Under the pieces are notes generated by a model. The model saw only the letters and a list, made by a program, of their open reading frames with translations, searched no databases and was not told the origin of the DNA. This document shows, piece by piece, positions 1-14,169 of a stretch of DNA of 64,000 nucleotides. Both the position numbers and the translations under genes were made by a program. Origin of the DNA: Macrostomum hystrix (taxonomy: Eukaryota; Animalia; Platyhelminthes); the NCBI GenBank assembly GCA_950097015.1, contig CATNEN010000039.1:9176001-9240000 (forward strand), written 5' to 3'. Position 1 is the stretch's first letter; each line of letters starts with the position of its first letter.

Positions 1-229
1 CGCAGGAATACGCTCACACAGGTGTGTAGACCTGCCCTGACTGTCTCATCGTCAGGCAGTGTGCACTCTCACTGTGTCTCGGAGGTTGGCCCTCAGAGGC
101 ATAAATTGCACGACATGCCCCCAAGCCTTCACTACGCGGCTGTGCACCAAAATAATATGGCCTCACCGCGGAATCGAGCTCCGGGACCTTCGTGAGAGGC
201 AAACGCGTTAACCACTCTGCTAATCACCC
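1..229 (-). mobile_element. tRNA-derived SINE, family A (truncated by window edge)
   Basis: The minus strand starts GGGTGATTAGCAGAGTGGTTAACGCG...GAGCTCGATTCCGCGG, a Pol III A-box/B-box-like tRNA head. The body (..TCGTCAGGCAGTGT[G/A]CACTC..) recurs at ~22340, ~24617, ~25905 and ~37880. Confidence 0.7.
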
Positions 230-417
230 CAGAGTCTCATCTCTAAAGTTAATCTTTCGAATCTTATGGCCATTAACGAGGCAGAAATTTTGCAATCGCT
301 TTAGTTCAACCAGCTGTACGATGGGTAAAAAAATTGCTGAAACAGTATTCTGGGTGGGTGTGTCAAGATACGATAATGCAATCAAGCAGCAGCAGAAGCA
401 GCAGAAAAGAAGCTTAC

Positions 418-1630
418 CCGTCGAACGGACTCAGGCTCTCGCGCAGCAGGTAATCCCTGGCGTGATAGCGCCGCTCGGTGCGCACGACAACGGCACGGAC
501 TCCGCAAGCCGCCAGCCAGGGCAGCACTAGGCGATCCGAGAGGGCCACGGAGTCGCCCACGCCGCTAGCTGGATTGATGAATAACAGCACGGCTGACAGG
601 CGCCTGCAAATATTGATGCGATCAGCCAGCTGATTAAACCATTGTGAGTGAGCGAGTGACTGGGTGGGTGAGTGAGTGAGTGAGTGAGTGAGTGTGTGTG
701 TGTGAGGTAGTCAGTCAGTTTAATAAGAAAACAAGTAAATTTGTCTGATTAATGTGATTTAATTCGCTATACTTTTTTTAAAGAAGCACGCGCTGAAAGA
801 ATGAGTAAATAATTCCATGTTATGGAAAATCCCAAGTGCACAGAAACTAACACAACAATTATCACGCCAGCAGTTTAAAGTACAATGGAGTGCAGCAAAA
901 TCTAGCGCCATATTTCTAATCGTCATAACTATATTTTGATTTTTTTAACATTCATTTCATATGTAACTAAACAAGACAGCATTAGACCAGATAACAAACT
1001 TGACCTCTGCTCAAAGACTTAACAAGTCTCGGGCCAAACTCAAGTTCAACAAGGCAAAGCTGGATTGCACAATCATTTTGGTTCGGGCTAAGCGACACGA
1101 AAACCCTATCGGTCTATGCGTGATAGCAGAGCTTTAATCAGTAGGGCAAGCAGCATTTCAGGATATTGTGGCCTACCAATTGCACAGCTTAATGCTAATC
1201 CGACCCAAGGGAAGTTGTCAAGAAATCTATCCTACCTGTAGAGGCGCAGTTGTTCAAGCAGAATCTGGCAGCACTCTCCAGCCGAGCTGCCAGGCATGTC
1301 GGTGAATCTCAGCCTAGTTAGCGACCAAAGCGAGCCGCCGCTTGGCAACCTCCTAGCAACAATGAGTTCCAATGTATTTGATTTAGAATCGTCTATTGGA
1401 GTGGACGCATTGAGGACTAAACTGAGCGGCACACTGTCAGCTCTACCGCTGTCTGAAACTGTCCAAACAAGTTGTTGAACTGATGCCCGGCCTGGTTGAC
1501 CAATCACAGCGCGGCCATTGCTGCTCGACTGGCCAATCAGATGCAGCTGGCAAATGTTACCCAGATGGCGACAGTCAAAAGAGACCTCTGTGGCACTGCA
1601 AGCATTTTTTTCAGCAGCTGTGTCCAACAT
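418..1630 (-). CDS. Ceramide kinase / sphingosine kinase family (DAGKc domain) gene, 5' two coding exons; continues beyond left edge
   Basis: Exon 1630-1236 (MLDTAAEK...LRLYR, donor AG|GTAGG, phase 2) splices to exon 603-418 (acceptor TTGCAG, donor GG|GTAAG). The second exon reads RLSAVLLFINPASGVGDS...VVRTERRYHARDYLL...PFDG, the lipid-kinase 'INPxxG' start of DAGKc. The ~130-aa N-terminal region sits where CERK has its PH-like domain. Confidence 0.75.
645..705. repeat. (GAGT)n/(GT)n microsatellite
   Basis: Direct reading: GTGAGTGAGTGAG...GTGTGTGTGT. Confidence 0.85.
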
Positions 1631-4600
1631 GCCACGAGGGACACGTCGGGAGTGCTGAAATCAATGCAATGTTTAAAATCAATTGTTAAAATTAAATTCA
1701 TAATGTTGTTAAGAACTTAAGTATTTTTAGTTACTATAATAGGAAGTACATGAAAATTCTTCGTATAAAGTTTAACAAAGATAACATAAATAGGCTTAAT
1801 ATATATTGAGTTAAAGAGTTTTCACTGGCAATTTTTATGGCTAGCAATTGCATTATAAAGATGCAAGCAAATTAAATACATTAGAGTCTACAATTTTTTA
1901 GCTGATCTCACTTTAAAGATGCTTGAAGATAGTATCCAAACAGCAAAAAATTTAATAATTTTTTAAATAATAGAACAACATTTCTAGGAAAATAATGATA
2001 AGCTAAAGTTTATTAAATAGCTTCTGAATTAAACATATATAATTAGTTTTGTCATAGCTGACAATCTCAATTGGAAAATTAAGGTATAAATTAGATTTTC
2101 TAATGATACGACAAGGATAGTCTATAAATATAAAGGCACATACAAGTGATCACCCAAATCTCCCAATCCCCTATTCCCCTCAATTTAAGTTTTACAGCTT
2201 AACAAATGAAAGAGTATAAAAGTGAATTATAGTATGGCTGACATTTGCAGCAACATACATTGCTGCACTTGCTGTAACCAATGTAACGATACATTGGTTA
2301 TTGCGAAAGCATATTTGTTTGAGCAACACAGTGATATGAATTTCTAAAAACTTTTATAGAATTAATTAAAATGTATTTTATATGTTAGCTTTAAATATGT
2401 ACACTGCAAATATAGATAACACCAGGTCTGACTTCTTAGTATGTATTTAGTATGTTTTTACAAGGACTAAATACTTACATACCATGAGAATTGTGAAACA
2501 GATAGTAAAACAATGCCTGAATATATGTACGTTATATGTATGGCATTTTTAATGAATAATGACTTACTGCTTGGTAGGCCTAACTGATTAAGTTGCCAAG
2601 TAATCACTTGAAAGTTGCCATTGAATTAGGATTTAATTGTAGTAGAATTTTTTAAAGTAAGAGTATAATGGCCATTTGTGATAAATATAATATTAAATAA
2701 GATAAAAGTGCAAAATTGTGACAATCTATTTTTATTGTGTATTATAACTATTAGCTTTTAGAAATGGTCATAGGGCAGGAGGGCTAAATAAATAATAATT
2801 TATTGAATTGTGTTTCTGTTTAACTTAGATTTCTTTATTACAGCAAGCAAACAACCTGTCGAACGGAGTAGTTGATGCTGAGGTGCGTTTAGTAGTATGT
2901 CGATTCATCGGCCTATAACGATATGAAAATAATAATGTGAAGAAGCGAATATTAGCTTACTTGCATGTTTTACCTCATAAAACATTCACAACTCGAAAAA
3001 AACAACGTTAACGCGGAATCTCGATAATAAACGTTTGACACAGATGATTACTCGAGTTAGCAATCCCGTTTGATTGGTTCAAAAACCTACAAAACTTAAA
3101 TTTCGTGCATCGTGCAAGCATGAATATGACTCTTATTAACAAACTATTCACTTTTAAACAAATTCGTGAATTACAAGTTACAGAAAACAAAGATATACCG
3201 ATTGAAATATTAGTTATAGTATAGGGTTTTCACTTTACATTTTTATTACTGTATTACTTTCTTCGATGACAATCATGAATTTCAGTGAAGTTGGATTTTT
3301 TTCTGTGAAACTGTCTATAAAAAATTGTACATACATAAACCTCTAAAGAAAATGTTTAATAAAATTTTATATTATATTGTTTATTCGTTTATATTAGGTT
3401 CTGTAATATTACATTAACCGGATATGATATATATACCTATATTATACTTCCCCAACGAATCCATAGGCCTATTCAATAGATAGTTCGTTATCTCTAGTTT
3501 ATCGACGACAGAGTTAGGCTATACCTATTGTAGATCTAATTCTTCTTCAACTAAAGAGTTCTAGTAAATTCATTACTACGAATGTTATCAATCAATAATA
3601 AGACAAAGTAACTTTGTAACAGCAGTCTAACAGCTAGCAGCACAAAATGGCCTTATGAAAATTTAATGCAGTTTTGTTTGGTTTTTGGTGAGAATAAGTT
3701 GTCCAATTGATGAGTCAATGACACAATCATAATGGTGTATCCTACAATTCGTAGGCTAGTTTACAGAACTCTGCTAAGTTAGTTTGTTAGTTGCTAAGCT
3801 TTTTATTATTCCATTGTCTCCCATTGTCTTTTCCCTTGCACCTATAGGCCTACTTTTCTCTAAGCCTATCTTACCTAGGCTTAGGCTAGGGGCCATACAT
3901 GTGCAACCTCCCAAATCTTAGCCAGCCATGCGACTTAGTTTTTGCTCTATTTACGACTTAGTTTGCTCTCATTTGTGACTTAGTTTGCTCTCATTTACTC
4001 TCTCTTTCTCTCCCCATTTTCCTCTTCTTCCCACCTTCCTTATTTGTCCCTTGGTTTCCCCTTTGATTTTTGTGAGCTTGGTCAATTGGTTTTTGCGACT
4101 TACCTTGCTTGGCCCTCATTTCACCCGGCCGGTTTGGCCTGGTTGGCAGGGTATTGCGCATGTATGCTAGGGGCCTGAAACTAAAAGCATGGATGCTTTT
4201 TATTAGCCCTAATATAAGCATAGATAATAAGATAGTTTAGATAGATAGTATAGCAAGTATAGGCTAGGCCTATACTTTTTATTTCTGTTGTAATAGATAA
4301 TTTTAATGTAATCTAGCCACTAAAGCCTAATTCAATAGGGATTATAGACCTAGTTTGATCAAATGCAATTAGTGCCATTGCCATTGCTAGGTTTAGGCCT
4401 AGTAGCTAGTCTAGGGATTTTTGGAAAGTGTTGTTTCTTATCTTCATTCATTCTTTTATTATTCATTAATTTCATTCATTATTTTGTATAGCTCAAAAGT
4501 CACTTTTGATTCTGTTTACTTAAAGACTACCTAAGCCTATCAATGACCCATTTATAAGAAATTCAGATAAAAATTAGAATATTCAGCATTTAGATATTCA

Positions 4601-5688
4601 GTTACACCTTTTAAATATTTTATTATTATTGTTTCTAATTAGCTTGTTCAAAAACTTTTTTTTCTTGTCACTAACAATGAATGATGAAATGTCAGACCAG
4701 AATAAAACAACACAAAAAGTTGTTTATAGGCCTATGCAGACTAATGTCAAATGAAAATAATAAGCTATTTACAACACATGTATACCCCCTTCAGTTTTAC
4801 ATTAACAATCATTAGAATGGCAGAAATAAATGTAAATAATTGTGAAACAAAGGTATGGGGGTTTAGTGTATCATTGCACATTTCAGAACTGTTTTGTGAA
4901 GAGGATCCAATCTACTAAGTAATATATGTTAGACTTGGCATTGACTCATCTAAAAGACATTCAGCTTGAAGTATTGAAATCTGATTTCCCTTGCTAATAA
5001 AGCACCATGCCATGGAAGACACTAGACCAGCTATTCTAAGCAGTTTGTTAAATAAAACAAATAAGCCCATTTTATGCATTTTTGCTTGCTGAAATGAAAA
5101 AAGACATGTTGATCATAAACCAAAATGTGACTGAAAAAAAGATCATAAACCAATGGAATGCCAAGGCCTCCTAGCAATCCCCCCTCCTCCTTGTCTCCTT
5201 TTACTTTGTCCCCTATAATACATTGCTTTTGCTTTTAGCTAGCTTTTATTTTGCTAGGACTGAATATATTCTAAAAAGTTAGAGAAATATGCTTTTTTAG
5301 GTGTATCACTTTTGACTGTTGTCTTATATAGCTAGCTGATTTATATCTTTCAAACTTGCAAATAGAACCCACTGATACAATTCAATCATTTTTGTACTGA
5401 TTGACATATTCTTACAACTCACAAGTATAAATTCAACTTTCATATGTTAATTTGACCTAGTATTGCCTAGCTAGTTATTAGTTAGTCACAATAGTTTCGT
5501 TTTCTGTTTAAAAATGTAGTAAGGCTATAGCTAGCTAGTTTTTTCTTTCTTCTTTTTAACTAGCTATGTTCTCAGTTTTCAATTCAAAGCATTGTTACAA
5601 CAGTTACAGAATTTCTTCATTTTTATCTATTAATTAGCGTGACACTTTTAATCAAACATTGTTAGGTCTATAAATTACAGCCAATCCA

Positions 5689-8600
5689 ATGGAATTCCTT
5701 GGCAAAATCTATAGCACTGTGAGTCAGAATCTCCCAGGCAATCCAATCACCAGGGAATACGATATTCACAAGCAGACCGGCTCAGCTGGGCCTGGCTTAC
5801 TATGGAGAGTGTTTTTGGCTACAAAGAAGTCTACAAAACAGGTTGGATTTAAATGTGCAATTTTTTAAAGACCCAATATGAACATTTTTTATATTGCAAG
5901 TGGCCTTTTTAATAAACTAACAGGAAGCGTCCGTGTGGATGTTCGATAAAAAGTCTCTAGAGAAATTCAGCAAGCGCGATCGCGAACTAATACTGGAGAT
6001 TGTCAAACGGGGCGTATCTAATCTGACTCGACTGCGGCACCCGAAGATTCTTTCGGTGAGTTGGTTGGTTTTATTTTAAAGGTCTAACTCCTAAGCGCTG
6101 AAGAACTGAAGGGTTAGCGTCACCAAGCCACTGAAGAACTGAAGGGTTAGCGTCACCAAGCCACTGAAGAACTGAAGGGTTAGCGTCACCAAGCCACTGA
6201 AGAACTGAAGGGTTAGCGTCACCAAGCCACTGAAGAACTGAAGGGTTAGCGTCACCAAGCCACTGAAGAACTGAAGGGTTAGCGTCACCAAGCCACTGAA
6301 GAACTGAAGGGTTAGCGTCACCAAGCCACTGAAGAACTGAAGGGTTAGCGTCACCAAGCCACTGAAGAACTGAAGGGTTAGCGTCACCAAGCCACTGAAG
6401 AACTGAAGGGTTAGCGTCACCAAGCCACTGAAGAACTGAAGGGTTAGCGTCACCAAGCCACTAAAGAACTGAAGGGTTAGCGTCACCAAGCCACTGAAGA
6501 ACTGAAGGGGTTAGCGTCACCAAGCCACTGAAGAACTGAAGGGTTAGCGTCACCAAGCCACTGAAGAACTGAAGGGTTAGCGGCACCAAGCCACTGAAGA
6601 ACTGAAGGGGTTAGCGTCACCAAGCCACTGAAGAACTGAAGGGTTAGCGGCACCAAGCCACTGAAGAACTGAAGGGTTAGCGGCACCAAGCCACTGAAGA
6701 ACTGAAGGGGTTAGCGGCACCAAGCCACTGAAGAACTGAAGGGGTTAGCGTCACCAAGCCACTGAAGAACTGAAGGGGTTAGCGTCACCAAGCCACTGAA
6801 GAACTGAAGGGGTTAGCGTCACCAAGCCACTGAAGAACTGAAGGGGTTAGCGTCACCAAGCCACTGAAGAACTGAAGGGGTTAGCGGCACCAACCCGCTG
6901 AAGAACTGAAGGGGTTAGCGGCACCAAGCCACTGAAGAACTGACAGTCCATGGAATCATTAATACCTTGCAGGTCGTGACCTCCTTAGAGGAGTCTCGCG
7001 AGAGCATTGCCTTCGCCACCGAGCCGGCCATTGGCTCTTTAGCAAATCTGCTCGGTTGTCATGACAACCTAACTAGCGAAGCCGCCGCCAGCCTGAAAGG
7101 TTTCGAATTATTCGACGTCGAGATAAAATACGGCCTGCTTCAGCTAACCGAGGCGCTGGCTTTCTTGCACCAGTCTGGCAAACAGATGCACGGAAATCTC
7201 TGCCCGGAGACTATCGTTATCAACAGATGCGGTTCCTGGAAACTGGCTGGCATGGACTTCTGCCAGGCCAACACCGGCAGCGAGCAGTGCCCAATGTTTG
7301 CCTGCCACGCTTGGGTTGACTCGCTGCCTCCACAGGCGCAGCCTCGGTAACTTTCTGGCGCTGCATTTATTGGGGATTTAAATGCTGTAGAGTAACTTCA
7401 TGAGATCCTAGGAGACAGTTCATGAGATCCTGGGAGACAGTTCATGAGATCCTGGGAGACAGTTCATGAGATCCTGGGAGACAGTTCATGAGATCCTGGG
7501 AGACAGTTCATGAGATCCTGGGAGACAGTTCATGAGATCCTGGGAGACAGTTCATGAGATCCTGGGAGACAGTTCATGAGATCCTGGGAGACAGTGGTAG
7601 CTGCACAGATTACAGCTTTCATTCCCTATCCGCAGTCTAAACTACCTGGCTCCAGAGGCTGCGCTGAGTCACGAGTGCACATCAGCGGCGGACATGTTCT
7701 CGCTAGGCCTGCTATTTTACACCATCTACAATCGCGGCCGGCCACTGATAGAATCTGCTGCCGATCTGTCCGCCTATAAGCGCAGCGTGGCCGCACTGAA
7801 GGGTCTGAGGCTGTCCGCCCTGAGCTGCGTGCCAGAGTCGGCCAGAGAGGACGTCAAGCTGGCGTTGAACTGCGATCCGGGAGTTCGGCCAGACGCCAAC
7901 CAGTTCGGCCGGATTGTGTTCTTTGAAGACTCCGGAGTGTCAGCTCTGCAGTTTATGGACAATCTGTTCCAGCTAGACAACCTGGCCAAGTCACAGTTCT
8001 ATAAGGGGCTGGCACAGATCTCGGCTAGCCTGCCTATGGTGAGCTCTGCGTTGGGTCACAGCCCAAGTCTACAGCCAAATCTACTTAGTTCATAACGATG
8101 ACCCAATCTACTCAGCTCATAACGATGACCCAATCCACTTAGTTTATAATGATGACCCAATCTACTCAGCTCATAACGATGACCCAATCTACTTAGCTCA
8201 TAACGATGACCCAATCTATTTAGCTCATAACGATGACCCAATCTACTTAGCTCATAATGATGACCCAATCTACCTAGCTTATTGTGGTGACATATTATCT
8301 GCTTAGCCCATACTCGTAACCCTCAGTCTGTTAATAAGACTGGAATTACAGTTTCACTTAACGCTTAATCGCCCGTATCAGATCCTAAAATGCCCATTAA
8401 ATTGATCTCTCCGCAGCGGGTCAATCTGCTTCGCATCATTCCGCAAATCTCCGAGGAGTTCGCCAATCCAAACATGATCCCGTTCGTGCTGCCAACCATA
8501 CTGCAAATATCTGAGGCCGCATCTGAGGCCGAGTTCAGAGAACTCATCCTGCCTAAACTGCTGCCCGTATTCAAGCTCAGAGAGCCTGTGCAGGTAATTC

Positions 8601-11600
8601 GCTTAGTTCAACTATACTCACACAGTGAGTAATCTGCTCACAGAGTGATTCTAATCACAAAGTGAATAACACTGTCTACTAAGTCCACTTCTCACACCAC
8701 AAGTCTACTTCTCATACTGTCAGTCTATTCACACCGTCAGGTACTCTACTTTAGACACCATGAGTCTACTTCTAACACAATGAGTCTACTTCAGACACCA
8801 TGAGTCCTACTTCTCATACTATCAGTCTACTTCTCACACCATCAGTCTACTTCTCACACCACGAGTCTACTTCTCATACTGTCAGTCTATTCACACCGTC
8901 AGGTAATCTACTTTAGACACCATTAGTCTACTTCTCACACCACAAGTCTACTTCTCACACCATGAGTCTACTTCTCATACCATGAGTCTACTTCTCACAC
9001 CATCAGTCTACTTCTCACACCATCAGTCTACTTCTCATACCATCAGTCTACTTCAGACACCATTAGTCTACTTCTCATACCATTAGTCTACTTCTCACAC
9101 CATGAGTCTACTTCTCACACCATGAGTCTACTTCAGACACCATCAGTCTACTTCTCACATCATGAGTCTACTTCAGACACCATCAGTCTACTTCAGACAC
9201 CATGAGTCTACTTCAGACACCATGAGTCTACTTCAGACACCATGAGTCTACACGTCAGAATTAAAATCACTGCATTGTAGCGTTTTATATCAAATAGTTT
9301 TCACTGCAAGTTAATTAAATTTTCTTTAATTTTTCAGCCCTGTCGAGTTGTAAGATTTCCATTGATCTGTCTGTCTATCAGATAATTTATCATCTTGTTC
9401 GATAAATATTTGTGTTTTCTATTATTTTTAAATCGTTCGGATATTTTAAGTATCAAGTTAAGTTATTTTTTATATACTTCGTATGTTTCATTCTGCAGAT
9501 ATATTTGACGCTCAAAGTAATTCTGTGTTTTTTAGTTAATAAAAAAATTAACACTCGTTTATTTACTCGAAAAGTTTACATTTGTTGTAATAAACTCGAA
9601 TAATTTCAGATAAGCATGATCTGCATCCAGAACATCAAAATTCTAATTGAGAAATGTCCTAACGAGGACACTAAGAATCACATTTTGCCCATCCTATTTC
9701 GTTCATTGGATCAAGATTTTGTCGAACTGCAGGTAAAGCTAGTTTTTTCATATGCATAGCAACAAAGTAGTGTATTTTATATGCATATTTTTTTCTAATA
9801 AACGGCTTGCAGGAGCTGTGCCTGGAGACCCTTCCTACAGTAGCGCACATGCTGGATTATAATACCGTGAAGAATTCTGTCGTTACCAAGCTTAAAAATC
9901 TCATCACTGGTCAGTTTTCGTTGAAGGTGAGTGGACATTTTTATTACCTTCAATTTTATTTGCTTCGACAACTTCAAATTAGATGTAAGGTAATCTTCGT
10001 AGTGATTACTATCCATGCTAATCTTGGTAATCTTGTTGGTCATTGCACTCCAAGGTAATATCGTCGGTCAATATTATTCAAGGTAATCTTGTTGGTTATT
10101 ACACTTCGAGTTGATCTTGTCGGTCATTACACTCCGAGTTAATCTTGTCGGTCATTACACTCCGAGTTAATCTTGTCGGTCATTACACTCCGAGTTAATC
10201 CTGTCGGTCATTACACTCCGAGTTAATCTTGTCGGTCATTACACTCCGAGTTGATCTTGTCGGTCATTACACTCCGAGTTAATCTTGTCGGTCATTACAC
10301 TCCGAGTTAATCTTGTCGGTCATTACACTCCGAGCTCATCTTGTCGGTCATTACACTCCGAGTTAATCTTGTCGGTCATTACACTCCGAGTTAATCTTGT
10401 CGGTCATTACACTCCGAGTTAATCCTGTCGGTCATTACACTCCGAGTTAATCTTGTCGGTCATTACACTCCGAGTTAATCTTGTCGGTCATTACACTCCG
10501 AGTTCATCTTGTCGGTCATTACACTCCGAGTTAATCTTGTCGGTCATTACACTCCGAGTTAATCTTGTCGGTCATTACACTCCGAGTTAATCTTGTCGGT
10601 CATTACACTCCGAGTTCATCTTGTCGGTCATTACACTCCGAGTTAATCTTGTCGGTCATTACACTCCGAGTTGATCTTGTCGGTCATTACACTCCGAGTT
10701 GATCTTGTCGGTCATTACACTCCGAGTTGATCTTGTCGGTCATTACACTCCGAGTTGATCTTGTCGGTCATTACACTCCGAGTTAATATTTAGTCTTTTA
10801 TTGCAATTGGTCATGCAGGCACGTATATTTCTGTTCTAGCGGTATAAGCTTTAATGCCGTTTTACCTTTACTATCTCGTAAACCCTCAAGATCAAGGTGT
10901 CAGCCTTCATGTGCTTGGGCAAGTTGCTGGAGAACATGGACAAATGGTTTGTGCTAGACGATGTCCTGCCGATGCTGCAGAAGGTGCAAAGTCGCGAACC
11001 GGCCATTCTAATGAGCGTTCTGGGCATCTACAAGGTGGCTTTCTCTCATCCCAAGCTGGGGATCACCAAGGACATCTTGGCCTCCAGGGTGCTGCCACAT
11101 CTGGTGCCCCTGACAGTGGAGGCGTCATTAAACCTGACGCAGTTCAGCGCCTTCATGTCTCTGGTGCAGGAGATGCTGCGACAGGTAGAGTCTGAGCAGA
11201 GGGCCAGGCTGCAGCAGTTGCACGATCTGCAGCAGGAGCAAAAGACTTTGCCAACTCGGGCAGGAAATCAGAGTCAGGTAATATATTCGATTTGAGTAGG
11301 CTATTCAATTTGAGTAGACTATTGGATTTGAGTAGGCTTTTCGATTTGAGTAGGCTATTCGATATGAGTAGGCTATTCAATTTGAGTAGGCTTTTCGATT
11401 TGAGTAGGCTTTTCGATATGAGTAGGCTATTCAATTTGAGTAGGCTAGGCCTATTCAATTTGAGTAGGCTATTCGATTTGAGTAGGCTATTCGATTTGAG
11501 TAGGCTTTTCGATATGAGTAGGCTATTCAATTTGAGTAGGCTAGGCCTATTCAATTTGAGTAGACTATTCGATTTGAGTAGGCTATTCGATTTGAGAAGG

Positions 11601-12379
11601 CTAGATACCAAAATAAAGTAGATACCGTTAATGTTAAGCAAAGCTGTAAATTTCATAATTTTCAGGCTTTGGTTCCAGCCACCGGCAATGCCCAGCCTAG
11701 TTTGATGGACTCCTTTATGTCCGGCCTGGGTCCCATGCAGCAGCAGCAGCAGCAACGGGCAGCCAATGGCGGTGGCCGATTAGCTCTGCCATCGACTGCT
11801 GGCCCAACCGCTCCGCTGAGCCTTGAAGACAAGAAGAGGCTGGCTCGCGAGCAGGAAACGGTGGACACAATGCGCTCTCATGGACCCTTGCGGCCCCAGC
11901 AACAGCAGCAGCAGATGCGGGCTATCGAGGCGCCGAAGGACTTAACACAGTCTTTGATGGAGCGCAACGCAAACTATTTAACGAGCTCTTCTCAGCAGCA
12001 GCAGCAGCAGCGGGCCATTGGCTGGCACGGTCAGCAGACTGCGGCCCCGCCAAATTTTGGTCAAGCACAACAAACATTTCCCGGCGGAAATCCGTTTAGT
12101 TTCCCAGCTCCGCTGCAGCAGCAACAGCAGCAGCAGCAGCAGCAGAAGCCCTTGAACATGGCTCCCCTAGACAATCTGTTTGGCGGCGGCATCAGCGGCG
12201 GCGCCAGGCCTTCCTTAAACCAGCTGTCAACGTCTTCGTCAGCGCCAGGCTTTGCCGCCTCATCCTCGTCGACTTTGGCCGGGATTCGGGCACCAGCCAT
12301 GATGCCAATGGCCCAGCAGCAGCAGCAGCAGACGCCAAAGCCATTGTCTAATCAGGACCTGGCAGATTTGTTGGGCTAA
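5689..12379 (+). CDS. SCYL2: SCY1-like pseudokinase 2 (CVAK104), 9 coding exons, ~858 aa
   Basis: Exons 5689-5841, 5924-6055, 6973-7346, 7636-8038, 8417-8593, 9610-9732, 9813-9926, 10891-11277 and 11666-12379. All introns are GT-AG and phase-consistent; total 2577 nt. Motifs: GNPITREY..., TKKSTKQEASVWMFDKK, LTRLRHPKIL, LEESRESIAFATEP, LNYLAPE, a HEAT region, and a Gln-rich tail with NPF ending DLADLLG. Confidence 0.92.
6095..6943. repeat. 33-bp (34-bp distally) minisatellite in SCYL2 intron 2
   Basis: Unit GAAGAACTGAAGGG(G)TTAGCGTCACCAAGCCACT, ~25 copies. Confidence 0.95.
7396..7594. repeat. 22-bp minisatellite in SCYL2 intron 3
   Basis: Unit TTCATGAGATCCTGGGAGACAG, ~9 copies. Confidence 0.95.
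8058..8280. repeat. 27-bp minisatellite in SCYL2 intron 4
   Basis: Unit CCCAATCTACTTAGCTCATAACGATGA, ~7-8 copies. Confidence 0.9.
8670..9252. repeat. ~20-bp minisatellite in SCYL2 intron 5
   Basis: Unit CAT[G/C/T]AGTCTACTTC[TC/AG]ACAC, degenerate at the left end. Confidence 0.9.
10020..10787. repeat. 28-bp minisatellite in SCYL2 intron 7
   Basis: Unit TTAATCTTGTCGGTCATTACACTCCGAG, ~24 near-perfect copies preceded by degenerate copies. Confidence 0.95.
11285..11603. repeat. 18-bp minisatellite in SCYL2 intron 8
   Basis: Unit TTCGATTTGAGTAGGCTA, starting ~8 nt after the donor. Confidence 0.92.
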
Positions 12380-12524
12380 TGCTAAGTATTGAGCTAGCTG
12401 TAGAGATAAGCCACGCAGGCACAGCCACCGCTTTTCAGTCCATGGACTGGGTTGGACCAGCAACACTGATTCTAGTTTCTACGCCAACTAGCTAAAACTC
12501 AAGCCCAAGCAATTAGGAAAAAAT

Positions 12525-12823
12525 GTCTCTCCCCTGCCCCATCTCTCCCTGTCTCATCTCTCCCCTGCCCCATCTCTCCCTGTCTCATCTCTCCCCTGCC
12601 CCATCTCTCCCTGTCTCATCTCTCCCCTGCCCCATCTCTCCCTGTCTCATCTCTCCCCTGCCCCATCTCTCCCTGTCTTATCTCTCCCCTATCTCATCTC
12701 TCCGCTGTACCATCTCTCCCCTGTCCCATCTTTCCCTGTCTTATCTCCCCCTGTCTCATTCCTTCCTGTCTCATCTCTCCCCTGTCTCATCCCTCCCTGT
12801 CTCATCTCTCCCCTGTCTCATCT
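12525..12823. repeat. ~15-bp pyrimidine-rich tandem repeat (probable SCYL2 3' UTR)
   Basis: Unit ~TCTCATCTCTCCCTG, lying between the stop (12379) and AATAAA (12962). Confidence 0.9.
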
Positions 12824-12961
12824 CAAGCCCCACAGTCAGTAAATCAGTATGCTATCTTGCTAACACTTATTGAATTGGTGAACTTTCTGTTACTCATATA
12901 CTTCATTTTTTATCTGTCAATCACAGTTTTTTGCACTTTTAATTGTTATCGACACTCGTGG

Positions 12962-12967
12962 AATAAA
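12962..12967 (+). terminator. Candidate polyadenylation signal of SCYL2
   Basis: AATAAA followed by a GT/T-rich stretch. Confidence 0.45.
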
Positions 12968-14169
12968 CAATTTGGTTGTCATTGTGATAAGGCTGTTTTG
13001 CTCTTTTCTCATAAAGCCGTAATATGTCATGTTTAATGCCCATAGAAAAAGGATTATAATTGATTCTGATTTCAAAGCCTGTTTATTTACTAGTAGAAAT
13101 CTGTTTAATTACCTGTTGTTGGTTGACTATGTACTAATATGAATCTTTATTCTGGTTTTATTGTTTAAAGAACAGGTATTTTGTTTTTCGTAACAAATTT
13201 ATTTTATGTTTTAGAGAAGAAAAAACTAATTTCAGTAGTCAGACGTCAATAGATCAGTCCTTTTATTTTTTACTTTTTTTAATTTTATTTTCTTCATAGT
13301 GTTTAAGGCAATACCACAAATAGTAAAGAAAGTAGAACCATTTTTTAAATGTCCAAGTTACTACTATTTAATTATTAATTAACTTCAATAATATCCAAAT
13401 TATTGTTGTCATTGTCCGCGTGTATTTTTCATTAAACTACAATATTGTTTTATACGCTTATTACTACTTGATTTCGCAGAGTAGTAGTATGGTGAGCGTT
13501 ATCGTGTTAAATTTTTGTTATTTAAAATCGAAGAGTTTTCAAATCAACAACAAACACACAGCAGGTGGTAAAGGGCTTAAACTGAGTTTAAATTTTTAGT
13601 TTTATCGATAATTTGAAATGGCCCCCAATACCAGATAAAATATTAGCAGATTTGCCTGCATTTTGTTCTACATACATAGCTGCTTGCTGTTGCTAGTGTC
13701 TTGTAGGCCTTCTTTCATGTCGAATAAATAATAAGTATAGTATACTACTGAAATATAAATCTACATTATATATATTCCGCATACATGTGTCTGTGTGCTG
13801 TTAATAATGAACGAAGTTCGGACTGAATTACTTTCACTATTATTTTTATATACACTTTAGTCAAATTTATATTTGACGAGAAAAAATTTTTAGTTTAGAC
13901 AGCGCATCAGTAAATTTAATCCCTATGTAAACTAACCTCCATAAATTTTGTGTTTAAATTTATAAGAAAATTTATTAAATCAACTCTTTTATTTTACGTT
14001 GATGTATTTAAAACTGTTTTAGCATCATTCCATTTTACTCTTTCTCACGGAATTTTGTGTATGGCACGGGTCGAAAACCTCGCGCCTTCGGGCCTGTAGT
14101 GGCTATCGAAGCTCCCTAATCCGGCCCTTGTCCCATCTGCCCGATCCAAAGGCCTTTCCAGCCTCTCAC